The notes beneath the pieces are model-generated. The model was not told where the DNA came from and did no database searches. It saw nothing but the letters and a program-made list of their open reading frames with translations. A stretch of DNA of 64,000 bases from Sedimentisphaerales bacterium. GTDB taxonomy: Bacteria; Planctomycetota; Phycisphaerae; Sedimentisphaerales; SM23-30. This document shows positions 27,169 through 36,727 of the stretch, one piece after another. The stretch lies in assembly GCA_963666285.1 (NCBI GenBank), contig OY762711.1; one strand, 5' to 3'. Both the position numbers and the translations under genes were made by a program. The stretch's first letter is position 1. The number at the start of each line of letters is the position of its first letter.

Positions 27169-28026
27169 ATGAAATTTTTATCTAAGATTATCGTAGTTTG
27201 CCTGATGGTTATTTCTGCAGGTCTTACTGCGGCTGAATCAGCAACAGAGGAGAAGAAGCCAGTGTTGGAAACAGAAATGCAGAAAGTCAGTTATATTTAT
27301 GGCACCATGATCGCCGGACAATTCAAAGATGCACCTTTTGACCTTGAAACAGTAGCGTTTTTAGCCGGAATCAAAGATGTTTTAGAGGGTAAAGACCCTG
27401 CAATTCCTCAACAGGAACAACAGGCTGTTATGGCTGCATTTCAGCAGAAGATGATGGCTGAGCAGCAGAAAAAAGCACAGGATAGCCTGTTCCAGAATCG
27501 TGAACAACCTAAAGACCTTCCTTTCAAATTGGTTGATTTCGACAAGAATAAGGATTATTTCTGGGTACTTGAAACCAGCAAAGGCAAGATAAAGATCAAA
27601 TTCATGCCGGAAGTTGCTCCATACCACGTATCAAGTACTATATATCTGACTAATAAGAAATTTTATGACGGCTTGATTTTCCATAGAGTTATTAAAGGCT
27701 TTATGGCCCAGGGTGGTTGTCCGGATGGTACCGGAACTGGTGGTCCTGGCTATAGTTATGAAGGTGAGTTTGATCGTTCGGTTACTCATAACAAACCTTA
27801 TTTGCTAAGTATGGCTAATACCGGCAGACCAACATCAGACGGCAGCCAGTTTTTCATTACTTTTGTTCCTACCCCTCATTTAGATGGCAAACACACTATT
27901 TTTGGCGAAGTTGTTGAAGGCCAGAAAGTTGTAGATGCTATTGAAAAGGTTGAAACTGCTGCTCAAGATAGACCTGTAGAAGAAATCAAAATCATCAAAG
28001 CTACTATCGAAGAAGCTAAGAAATAA
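27169..28026 (+). CDS. Exported cyclophilin-type peptidyl-prolyl isomerase with N-terminal FKBP_N (Mip/FkpA-like) domain
   Basis: Signal peptide; [11 protein letters not shown]......F..GIKD (FKBP_N-like); [47 protein letters not shown] (cyclophilin). Confidence 0.88.
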   Translation: MKFLSKIIVVCLMVISAGLTAAESATEEKKPVLETEMQKVSYIYGTMIAGQFKDAPFDLETVAFLAGIKDVLEGKDPAIPQQEQQAVMAAFQQKMMAEQQKKAQDSLFQNREQPKDLPFKLVDFDKNKDYFWVLETSKGKIKIKFMPEVAPYHVSSTIYLTNKKFYDGLIFHRVIKGFMAQGGCPDGTGTGGPGYSYEGEFDRSVTHNKPYLLSMANTGRPTSDGSQFFITFVPTPHLDGKHTIFGEVVEGQKVVDAIEKVETAAQDRPVEEIKIIKATIEEAKK

Positions 28027-28057
28027 TTTCTTTCTTCAATTTAGCTGATATTAAAAT

Positions 28058-28096
28058 AAAAGCCCTGTGGGAAATATTTCTCGCAGGGCTTATTTA
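28058..28096. terminator. Bidirectional terminator between PPIase and GH31
   Basis: AAGCCCTGTGGGAAA-TA-TTTCTCGCAGGGCTT. Confidence 0.8.
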
Positions 28097-28132
28097 ATTA
28101 ATCGATTATTTTATAACTCAGGATTGATAAAG

Positions 28133-30514
28133 CTATTTCAAAATCAGCTTGATTGATGAATCAAGTGCCGGAGTTGATTGAACTTTGCTGCCTGAGATTG
28201 ACACTGTATGTAGAACATTATCTTCCGGCAGACATAGCTTTGTGTCATAACTTTCGGCGGTGCCATATTTTATCAGTTCGATATTTGTCCAGTCTATTTC
28301 GCTGGTACACTGGGCCGGCTTAACATGCGGCAGGGCGGTTCCGCTCTTTACCAGCATAACGATAGGTATTTCACCAGCGGCGATATTATACCATGTGCCG
28401 CCCTGGTACTCTTTGCCCGTCTGATAGTCAACCCAGCTGTTACCGGCCGGCAGATATACTTCTCTTCCGATAGAGCCTTCTTCGAATAATGGTGCTACCA
28501 GGATGTCGGAACCGAATAGATATTCATTATCTATCAGCCAGCTGCCCGGGTCGCTCGGATACTCGACAAACAACGCCCGCATCATCGGTAAACCATTTTC
28601 CACGCAATGTTTAGCTTGGGCATATACGTATGGCATAAGCTTATATTTCATGGCACTGGCCTGACGGAAATCGTCCAGGAATTTATCGCTGAATTTCTTG
28701 TCCCATGGCTCTCGAGGCCTGGAGCCGTGAGAGCGGCTGTGTGAGGTCAGCATGCCGAACGGCATCCAGCGGCGGTACATTTCTTCTGACGGGCTCTGCA
28801 CAAAACCACCTATATCGTGACTCCAGAATGAAAAGCCCGACAGGCCGAAAGAAAGCCCGCCGCGAAGCGAAGCTGCCATTGCGGTATCGGTGTTTTCGTT
28901 ATCGCCGCCCCAGTGAAGCGGGTATCGCTGGCTGCCGGCCCAGGCGCTGCGGGCCCAGATGATTGTGTCGCCGGTTATCTGCCTGGTAATCTCTGCCATG
29001 GTCTTGTTGTATCTGAGCGGGTAAAGATTGTGTTCATAAAATCCCGTTTTGCCAGAAGCGTAGATACCCTTATATGGCCCGCTTTCGCCAAAATCTACCT
29101 TTATGACTCCTACGCCCAGTTTTAGCAGCCCGGCTATTTTATCCTGGTACCATTTGATTGTGTCTGGGTTGGAAAAGTCCAGGATAACATCTTCAAATGC
29201 TACGCCGCCATCAAATCCTTTGACATACAGCCCTTTTTCGATGATCTCATTGTAGTATATATTATTCGGCACGAAATACGGCAGCTGCCAGAGCGAAATA
29301 TGGAATCCTTGTTGTTTCAAATCTGAAATCATTTTCGCCGGATCATCAAATCTTGATTTGGAAAATTCATAGTCACACCGCCAGTCTGTCTCGAACCAGC
29401 CGGTATCGAGATGAATTACATCTGATGGTATTTTGTATTTTCGCAGTTTAGCGGCTACTTCCCTGGTCTCCTGTTCTGAGCTGTAGGTAATGCAGCTCAT
29501 CCATAAGCCAAACGACCACAGCGGCGGCATGGCTGGTTTGCCGGTCAGGTTTGTGTATTCATTTAGAATGTCTTTCGGTTCGCCGAGAAATATGAATATA
29601 TCAAGATTGTTGTCGCCAATCAGGATATTATTGACAGCCTGAAACTTTGACCCGAAATCGCATGTAATGGGTGTTGTCGTATGAATGAACATGCCGTAGC
29701 CGCGGTTACTCATAAAAAATGGTACAGGCTTATATAACTTATGGCTTTGGGTGCCCATTCCGTCAGTAGTGTACAGGTTGATCTTCTGCCCGCGTTTGTC
29801 AAAATTGGTGAATGATTCACCACAACCGAATATCTTTTCATTATATGAAAGGCTAAAAGCTGCTCCTATGCTGCGTGAATAATCGTTGGCACGACGGATA
29901 AAAGCAAAAGGCGGCATTGGATTGGTAAAGCTGCGAAGCTCGTTCTTTTTCTGGATGGTTTCTGTGATCAGTTTGCCGTCAGGATCACGCAGTTCAATTC
30001 GCCATGGATCAAGATAAACTGAAACACTGCCTGAAATATTGGAGTAGCGGTAGCCGCCTTTAATCTTTTCTGTTTTCCAGCTGCTGTCAGTCGGCAGCTT
30101 TGGATTAATCAACATCATCGATTCAGAATCATCCGCAAACGCACTGATATCTGTTTTAGCTCTTAGCCTGATGGTTCTTGGTGAGATAAAATCAATATCG
30201 AATACATATGAAGGGTTTGCTTCGTATTCGGCAGGAGGCCATTCATTCTGTTCGATATCTTTGAAACATAACGTCATATTATCGAATGACATTGCTGTTG
30301 TCAGCATCGACCGCTGCCATCCCAGTTTTCCAGATGCTGTTTGAGGATCGAACTCATCAAGTTTATCAGCCAGGAAAAAAGTATTGTCGCTATTCAGGAA
30401 ATCGTTTGTAAGATCGACCGGATCTCCCATTACTCGCTGCTGTTGGGCATATGCAGCGTTGCAGAAAAAAAGAGAAAATGAAAACAGACAGATAATATAG
30501 TTTTTGATATTCAT
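28133..30514 (-). CDS. Glycoside hydrolase family 31 (alpha-xylosidase-like), secreted
   Basis: P.WSFGLW, IHLD, KVDFGE nucleophile, HWGGD, WSHDIGGF, SHSR.HG; ATG at 30514 after GGAG. Confidence 0.92.
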   Translation of the reverse strand: MNIKNYIICLFSFSLFFCNAAYAQQQRVMGDPVDLTNDFLNSDNTFFLADKLDEFDPQTASGKLGWQRSMLTTAMSFDNMTLCFKDIEQNEWPPAEYEANPSYVFDIDFISPRTIRLRAKTDISAFADDSESMMLINPKLPTDSSWKTEKIKGGYRYSNISGSVSVYLDPWRIELRDPDGKLITETIQKKNELRSFTNPMPPFAFIRRANDYSRSIGAAFSLSYNEKIFGCGESFTNFDKRGQKINLYTTDGMGTQSHKLYKPVPFFMSNRGYGMFIHTTTPITCDFGSKFQAVNNILIGDNNLDIFIFLGEPKDILNEYTNLTGKPAMPPLWSFGLWMSCITYSSEQETREVAAKLRKYKIPSDVIHLDTGWFETDWRCDYEFSKSRFDDPAKMISDLKQQGFHISLWQLPYFVPNNIYYNEIIEKGLYVKGFDGGVAFEDVILDFSNPDTIKWYQDKIAGLLKLGVGVIKVDFGESGPYKGIYASGKTGFYEHNLYPLRYNKTMAEITRQITGDTIIWARSAWAGSQRYPLHWGGDNENTDTAMAASLRGGLSFGLSGFSFWSHDIGGFVQSPSEEMYRRWMPFGMLTSHSRSHGSRPREPWDKKFSDKFLDDFRQASAMKYKLMPYVYAQAKHCVENGLPMMRALFVEYPSDPGSWLIDNEYLFGSDILVAPLFEEGSIGREVYLPAGNSWVDYQTGKEYQGGTWYNIAAGEIPIVMLVKSGTALPHVKPAQCTSEIDWTNIELIKYGTAESYDTKLCLPEDNVLHTVSISGSKVQSTPALDSSIKLILK

Positions 30515-30649
30515 TACAGACTCCATATTCAAAATTTGTATCCATATCTGGAACAAAAAACACAATAATCAAAATAAATAGTAACATAGAACCGTAAAAT
30601 ATCAAGCAATACGTCTAATATTTTTATCGCGATGGATTATGTTGGAATC

Positions 30650-30688
30650 AAAAAAATACCCAAACAGACTTAGGCCGGTTTGGGTATT
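30650..30688 (-). terminator. Terminator after GH92
   Basis: AATACCCAAAC..GTTTGGGTATT stem with A7 on + strand. Confidence 0.7.
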
Positions 30689-30733
30689 GAGTTTTTAATA
30701 TAACAAGTTCTTTGAACTTATAAAAGCGGTATA

Positions 30734-32863
30734 TTATTTTGTCAATGATGGTGGAGCAGATTCCGGACCGGCAGCCCAGTTAAAGTTTGGAGCCGGCCCC
30801 ATCTCGAATTCCAAAACCCCGCCATCGCGGATGGTACGGTATTCGATCCAGGTTTTATTATATTCTTTACCGTTTAGTTTGGCAGACTGGATAAACCTGT
30901 TTGCTATACTAGTATTGTTTGCCTTGATAGTAAATGTTTTGTTACCGTCCAGTTTTAGAGTAGCTTCCGGAAATAATGGTGAACTAATCACATAATATGG
31001 GTCACCCATACAGGCAGGGTATAGCCCCAATACTGAAAATACATAGTGGCTGGCCATAGAACCGCCGTCATCATCCATGGTATCCATATATCCATCCGGT
31101 TTCTTTTGGTACACTTTCCCCTGGAGTGGTGTTTTGAACCATCCGCGACTTTCGTTAATAATAACTACATCGTCGGTAATGAAATGCCTGCTCCAGTATT
31201 GTGTTCGCCATGGGCGGCCAAGATAGTTAAACAGGTACGGATATGTCAGCGGCGGCTGGTTGATCGGCATATGCTGGTAGTTTACGAAATAATAGTCAAG
31301 CTCATCTGCGAGTTGTGTTTTACTGCCTCGAAGTTTCGCCAGCCCGTTCATGTCATGAGGAACCCAGTAGCGATAATGCCAGAGATTTCCCTGGTAGAAG
31401 AATGCACTTGTACGGTTGACTTCATGTTGGGGAACCGGTTTGCCGTCTAAGGTAAAGAAGCCGCGGACATTGCCTTCGCCGTCAACCTGCGATGAGCACC
31501 AGTAATCCTTGTAGCCTAGTGCTTTTGCTTTGTACTCGGCAACTTCGTCATCTTTGCCCAGAGCTTCGGCCATACGCATTACCAGGTAATACTGATATGG
31601 TTTTTCTACCTGGTCGTTACCCAGCATTGTGCTTTTTAGTCCTTCGTATGCGACCTCTGTATCATATCCTTTTATGTTTTTGAGGAATGCGTCAACCACA
31701 ATAGCTGCGATAAATTCATGTCTGACAGTTGCGCTTGGCCAGTAACCGCTGCCCCATTGAGGAGTGTTACCGCCTGCGAACCATTCTACCAGCGAGCGTG
31801 CAATGTTTTGTGATATTTCCGGTTCCAGTAGAGAGATCAGGCTGTATTTGCGAAAATCATCCCATGAACTCCAACCGGAATAACAGGTATAATTATCTGC
31901 GGTATTGCTGGTTTTACGAATTGTATCTTCGTCGCCTGCTATTCTGTATTCACCCTGGCCGCTGGTTACGTTGTTGGGGTAAAGATAAGAGCGATATAGA
32001 CATGTATACAGCAGGTCGCGGTATTCGGACAGTTCTGCCGGGATATTGTTCAGTTCCACCTTGTTTAGCATTTTCTGCCATGCCTTGTCGGCATTGCTGC
32101 GAGCTTCATCAAAATCCCAGCCCGGGATATCCATATCCGTTTCCGCTATTGCCTGGTCGATACTGATAGGTGATAGTCCAACCTTAATCTGGATAACAGT
32201 TTTCTTTTCAGGGGCGTTAAACTTACACCATACCGCTTTTTCATCGGTTTCATGGCCGGTCATTGGTGTGTCAAAGCGAATAGCATAATACAATTTGAAA
32301 TATCCATGACCGCAAACGTTACCGGCTTTAACAATTCCTGTAATAAGGTCAGGCTCCTGAATTTTCCAGTTACATTCTTTTATCCCCGCTAAACTTTTAC
32401 TTGGGTCAACACGGATAAATATATTTTCTTCTGATGGTGGGAATGTATATTTATGGAAACCTACTCTAACAGAAGCTGTCAGGTCTGCTCTTATTCCATT
32501 ATTAAATGTAATACCATAGTAGCCGGGACTGCCGGATTCGGAAGATTTATCGGCTATGTCATATTTTACTTTACCTAATGCCGGTTTGATCCTGACTGTA
32601 TCTCCGGCACCGCCGCAGCCTACACCGCCCACGCGAGTGTGCGAGAAGCCTTTGAATGAGTCATTGGCATAATTATATCCGGTGTGGTTGCTACTATGTG
32701 TGTCTGGTCCAAGTTGTACCAGGCCAAATGGCATCGCGGCACCCGGGTGAAGCTGTCCGTTATCGTTTTGAGTGCCGACGAAGACATCGACATAGTCGGT
32801 AACTGCTGCATATGAGAAAGAGACATAAAATAGCATCAGTACAATACAAATTTTTCGTAACAT
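30734..32863 (-). CDS. Glycoside hydrolase family 92 (alpha-mannosidase-like), secreted
   Basis: V.VFVGT, PGAAMPFGLVQLGPDT, GFSHT..GG.G, WDDFR, DDDGGSM...YVFS.LG.YP motifs. Confidence 0.9.
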   Translation of the reverse strand: MLRKICIVLMLFYVSFSYAAVTDYVDVFVGTQNDNGQLHPGAAMPFGLVQLGPDTHSSNHTGYNYANDSFKGFSHTRVGGVGCGGAGDTVRIKPALGKVKYDIADKSSESGSPGYYGITFNNGIRADLTASVRVGFHKYTFPPSEENIFIRVDPSKSLAGIKECNWKIQEPDLITGIVKAGNVCGHGYFKLYYAIRFDTPMTGHETDEKAVWCKFNAPEKKTVIQIKVGLSPISIDQAIAETDMDIPGWDFDEARSNADKAWQKMLNKVELNNIPAELSEYRDLLYTCLYRSYLYPNNVTSGQGEYRIAGDEDTIRKTSNTADNYTCYSGWSSWDDFRKYSLISLLEPEISQNIARSLVEWFAGGNTPQWGSGYWPSATVRHEFIAAIVVDAFLKNIKGYDTEVAYEGLKSTMLGNDQVEKPYQYYLVMRMAEALGKDDEVAEYKAKALGYKDYWCSSQVDGEGNVRGFFTLDGKPVPQHEVNRTSAFFYQGNLWHYRYWVPHDMNGLAKLRGSKTQLADELDYYFVNYQHMPINQPPLTYPYLFNYLGRPWRTQYWSRHFITDDVVIINESRGWFKTPLQGKVYQKKPDGYMDTMDDDGGSMASHYVFSVLGLYPACMGDPYYVISSPLFPEATLKLDGNKTFTIKANNTSIANRFIQSAKLNGKEYNKTWIEYRTIRDGGVLEFEMGPAPNFNWAAGPESAPPSLTK

Positions 32864-33019
32864 TTCAAATCCTTGCTATTAGTGGTTAATAATCAGTTTG
32901 TTATGTTGCATTTGCCAAATAATTAACAAACTTAAATTTTAGTTAAAATGTCAATTATTTCAATGTTTTTTTGAGAAGGGGGATGAGATTGCATTGTGGT
33001 ATCAATAACATAGATACAG

Positions 33020-35047
33020 CTATAGCCTTTTTACTGCGATCATGGTTATGTCGTCTGTACGCGGGTGGTTGTCACAAAATGTTTCAACATCTTCGAGAAT
33101 CTTGTTTACAATTTCCTGGGCCGACAGATCTTTATATTTCTTAATAGCGTTGTATAGCCTGTTTTTACCGAACATTTCACCGTAGTCGTTATGTGCTTCC
33201 CATATACCGTCTGTTCCTATTAGCATTATATCATCGCTGTTCAGGCTTACCGGTCCGCCGGTATGATATTCTGCTTCCTCGTAAACTCCCAGCAGCATGC
33301 CTGTATTTTCCAGCTCGATTATTTTGTCTGTTGCAGGCTGGTATATTATCGCAGGGTCATGCCCGCCGGCAGTCCAGTATATATCAGAATTGTCAGGGCT
33401 GAGCACGCACATGAACAAGGTCATAAATCTCATGCCGTTTGTATCGTTGAGAAAATGTTTATTAAAGTTTGTCAGCAAACTGGCCAGGTCGCTGCAGCAG
33501 TAAGAGGTTAGAGATCTTATCAGCGAGCGGGCCGATACCATTAGTAATGCTGCAGGTATGCCGTGGCCGGTTACGTCACCCAGTGCCAGCAGAATCCGGC
33601 CACTGCCGTCATTTGCTACCACATAGTCGAAATAGTCACCGCCGGTCTCGTCACAATAGCTGCAAAGCCCGGCAATGTCATAGCCCGGTATCGTCGGGCA
33701 GTCTGTCGGCAGCAGATTTTTCTGTATTGTCTGGGCCAGTACCAGGTTGTTTCTCATGGTCTGTCGTTCTTTCAGGTGAGGGCCGATCTGGTTAAATACT
33801 TCACCCAGGGCCTGCAGCTCGTCACCGGTATTGATATCTACCTGTATGTCGAAATTACCGTTGCTGAGTTTGACTCCGGCATCAGCTATTTTTTGGACCG
33901 GTTCGGTGACCGTTCTGGCACGGGTTATGGCAAAGAAAAATGCTGCCATAACAGCTAATACCACCGTGGCACTGGCAACCGAGAAGGATAAAGTACCCTT
34001 TTTGAATATTTCGTCGCGTACTCGTTCAGCAGCTTCGATAATATTTTCGTACGGTATCACCAGCAGTACCGCTGAATCTTTCTTTGATCCGGGATGATAT
34101 ATCCATAAACTGTCCTTAGAGTTGTGAAGAGCACGTAATATACCGCTGCGGCCATTTTTTATGTCATCATGGATTTGTTTGCATGCTTTCTGTTCAATTC
34201 CGAAAGTTTCCTCGATCGTATTGAGATCCTGCCATCCTTTTACTTTTTCATTTTTCTTGTCTGTTAGCACCGTCAATTGTTCAGCATCCAGTTCTGGATT
34301 ATATCGTAAAGCGATGATCGCTTTCTCTGAGTTTTTTGTCCAGAGCGGGTTGATGTCAAAACCTTCAAATATGCCTGCAATAGAAATTTCCAGCGCTGTA
34401 ACGCCCAATATATTGCCTTTTTCATCTCTTACCGCATATGCTGTATAAAAGACCGGTTGATCTGTAATCACGTCACCGCTTGGTTCTGCATATTCAAGCT
34501 CATAGGAGTTTATCGCCGCCTGATACCATTTAAGCTGTTTTGCATTAATATTCTTTCTATTATCAAGCTTCCGGTCATAAGGAAATATTGAAGCTGCACC
34601 GTTTTCCAGGACGGTCAAATATCGTAGAACAAAATTATTATCAAAGTTGTTGTGTTGATAGATATCTATCATGTACCTCAAAATACATTCAGATCTGATC
34701 TTTTCTTCTTCGGATAAATGGTCTGGTAAAATGTAATTCTGAACCTTTGATACGTCATGTTCCGGCACCGCCGGGATATTTTCCCTTCCGCATGATCTTA
34801 TCAGGCCGTTTGCTTGAATATAGATACTTTCTTCAACAAGCTTTTGCATGATCTTGTTTTTTTCGGTAAAGCTTACCATCTGGGCACGTATTGTTGTTTC
34901 TGCCTGAGTTTTTAGCCTCTGTTCCAGGTCGTTATTTATGATCCGGGCCATATTTCCCATGGAAAGATGGTAAATGAGTGCTACTATCAATGCAGGGGTA
35001 ACCGAAATTGCAAGAAGGAGAATTGTTAGTTTTTTTCTTAACGTCAT
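33020..35047 (-). CDS. Membrane sensor SpoIIE/PP2C (RsbU-like) phosphatase with Cache-like and HAMP domains
   Basis: Two TM segments, HAMP (..DEL..L...FN), GGDYFD, GDVTGHG.PAALLM, GTDG..EA, DDIT. Confidence 0.88.
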   Translation of the reverse strand: MTLRKKLTILLLAISVTPALIVALIYHLSMGNMARIINNDLEQRLKTQAETTIRAQMVSFTEKNKIMQKLVEESIYIQANGLIRSCGRENIPAVPEHDVSKVQNYILPDHLSEEEKIRSECILRYMIDIYQHNNFDNNFVLRYLTVLENGAASIFPYDRKLDNRKNINAKQLKWYQAAINSYELEYAEPSGDVITDQPVFYTAYAVRDEKGNILGVTALEISIAGIFEGFDINPLWTKNSEKAIIALRYNPELDAEQLTVLTDKKNEKVKGWQDLNTIEETFGIEQKACKQIHDDIKNGRSGILRALHNSKDSLWIYHPGSKKDSAVLLVIPYENIIEAAERVRDEIFKKGTLSFSVASATVVLAVMAAFFFAITRARTVTEPVQKIADAGVKLSNGNFDIQVDINTGDELQALGEVFNQIGPHLKERQTMRNNLVLAQTIQKNLLPTDCPTIPGYDIAGLCSYCDETGGDYFDYVVANDGSGRILLALGDVTGHGIPAALLMVSARSLIRSLTSYCCSDLASLLTNFNKHFLNDTNGMRFMTLFMCVLSPDNSDIYWTAGGHDPAIIYQPATDKIIELENTGMLLGVYEEAEYHTGGPVSLNSDDIMLIGTDGIWEAHNDYGEMFGKNRLYNAIKKYKDLSAQEIVNKILEDVETFCDNHPRTDDITMIAVKRL

Positions 35048-35124
35048 TATTTGCAGTTCGTTAAAGTGTAGTTTGATAACCTGGCATTTCTCAGGTCCGG
35101 CTGCTGTATGCCATCAAATTATAT

Positions 35125-35919
35125 TCACTCCCAGCTGAGCGGGTCAAGCTGATAATAGTCTTTGAGCTCATTATAAAGCTCCGGCTGTTTGCGTGACATT
35201 TGCCTTGGCTTTTCAAAGAAAGTTTCTGTAGCAACTGCAAAAAATTCAGCCGGGTTAGTTGCTCCATATTTATTCATCAGGGTTTTACGACCTTTATCAC
35301 ATTTTCTCAGCATTCTCTGGTATTCGCTGCCGAGTACCCGTGCCCAGCTGGTATATTTGCCGGAGTTGGCAAGTATCGGTGCTCCATCGGCATCGCCGTC
35401 TTCCTGGTCCAGTCGATGAGAAAATTCATGGAATACAACATTCTGACCATCGCGGATATCTTTTGCGCCCCGCATTACATTGTCCCAGCTCAGTACTACC
35501 GGCCCGTTCTGCCATGATTCACCCAGGGTTATGCCAACCTGGTCTTTATCCTGCTTGTATGCATGAGGGTATACCAGTATGGTATGCAGCTTAGGGTAAT
35601 AGTTGGTAGGGCGGTTCAGCAGCAGTATGCACGCCTGGGCGGCAACTGTCACTCGAATCTCATCGGTTATCTCCTGACCGCCGCAGCCTTCGAATAGTTT
35701 CTCGTCCAGGAATATATTGATCAATCCGTGCAGCTGCGGTTTCAATTCCTCCGGCAGTTTCTGATAATATGGAATATTCTGTTTTATATATCCGATATAC
35801 TCTTCAGGTAGCGACTGTTTCATTAGTTCCGCTCTGCGAGCTTTACGCTTAATATTTTTATAATAGAAAAATCCAACTATAGAAATAACTGCTATTGATA
35901 ATCCGACAAAATAGATCAT
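35125..35919 (-). CDS. mtfA: MtfA-family zinc metallopeptidase (M90)
   Basis: F.GC.G, AAQAC, ILVYP, GESW..GPVVLSW, HEFSH.LD, YGATNPAEFFAVATE.FFE.P. Confidence 0.88.
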   Translation of the reverse strand: MIYFVGLSIAVISIVGFFYYKNIKRKARRAELMKQSLPEEYIGYIKQNIPYYQKLPEELKPQLHGLINIFLDEKLFEGCGGQEITDEIRVTVAAQACILLLNRPTNYYPKLHTILVYPHAYKQDKDQVGITLGESWQNGPVVLSWDNVMRGAKDIRDGQNVVFHEFSHRLDQEDGDADGAPILANSGKYTSWARVLGSEYQRMLRKCDKGRKTLMNKYGATNPAEFFAVATETFFEKPRQMSRKQPELYNELKDYYQLDPLSWE

Positions 35920-35929
35920 TGTAAACTTC

Positions 35930-36496
35930 TCATTTTTGCTGTTTTTTGGCTAATTGACCGGCAATATTTTTAACTCTTTTGTTTGCCCCGTGTTCTGTAA
36001 ACCATAAAATATGTTCAAGTGTAAGGTCTGGGAGTTCTAATACATATTCATGAATGGTAAAGTCTTTTGTATTCTTAATTTCTTCAAAAACGTCATTTGT
36101 AAGACCTTGTTGATTGATTTTACGTTTTAAAATTGTTCTCAGGTAACATTGATTAATCGGATCGTTCTGAACGTCATTATACCCGGAGATACTTTGCAGT
36201 TGACTATCACTTAAGAGGTTTGAGTATATTAGTTCAATAATTCGACATGTGTGAAGACTGAATGCTTCTGAGCCTTCTTCCTTAAGTTGGAATATGTTGT
36301 CGATTTCCTGGTCTGTAAGTCTGTTTTTACTTTCGAGATAATCGGTAAAGGCTGCACTGCGATAATGTTCAGGGTTATTGTCTGCTGAATTATTGATTTT
36401 GTCATACTGCTTGAGCAAATAATCTTCTGTGATAATTCCAAAATCCAGCCACTTGTTTGTATAACCTAATTTTTTTATAGCTTTTTCCAGTTTCAT
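35930..36496 (-). CDS. Hypothetical protein (AT-rich)
   Basis: 188-aa ORF immediately upstream of mtfA on the same strand; no motif recognised. Confidence 0.65.
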   Translation of the reverse strand: MKLEKAIKKLGYTNKWLDFGIITEDYLLKQYDKINNSADNNPEHYRSAAFTDYLESKNRLTDQEIDNIFQLKEEGSEAFSLHTCRIIELIYSNLLSDSQLQSISGYNDVQNDPINQCYLRTILKRKINQQGLTNDVFEEIKNTKDFTIHEYVLELPDLTLEHILWFTEHGANKRVKNIAGQLAKKQQK

Positions 36497-36563
36497 GCAA
36501 GAGTATTTCCTTTCACATGGCTATAAATATATCATCTTAATAAGGTTATTCCAAGATATAAAT

Positions 36564-36615
36564 AGTTAACTTTCAGACTTTTCAAGCTGCAAAAACCGCC
36601 TAAAATGGCCTTCCT
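36564..36615 (+). repeat. Dispersed repeat, partial copy (left module)
   Basis: AGTTAACTTTCAGACTTTTCAAGCTGCAAAAACCGCCTAAAATGGCCTTCCT aligns with 4844-4895. Confidence 0.7.
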
Positions 36616-36657
36616 ATTGCATAGCATACACATATAGGAATCAATTCTTCTCGAAAT

Positions 36658-36695
36658 AAAAAAGGTTATATAACCAATTTCGGCTATATAACCTT
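36658..36695 (-). terminator. Terminator after GH127-like gene
   Basis: AAGGTTATATA.CC..GG.TATATAACCTT stem with A run on + strand. Confidence 0.6.
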
Positions 36696-36727
36696 AACAA
36701 AATAACTTTCGTTATGAAGGATCAGTT

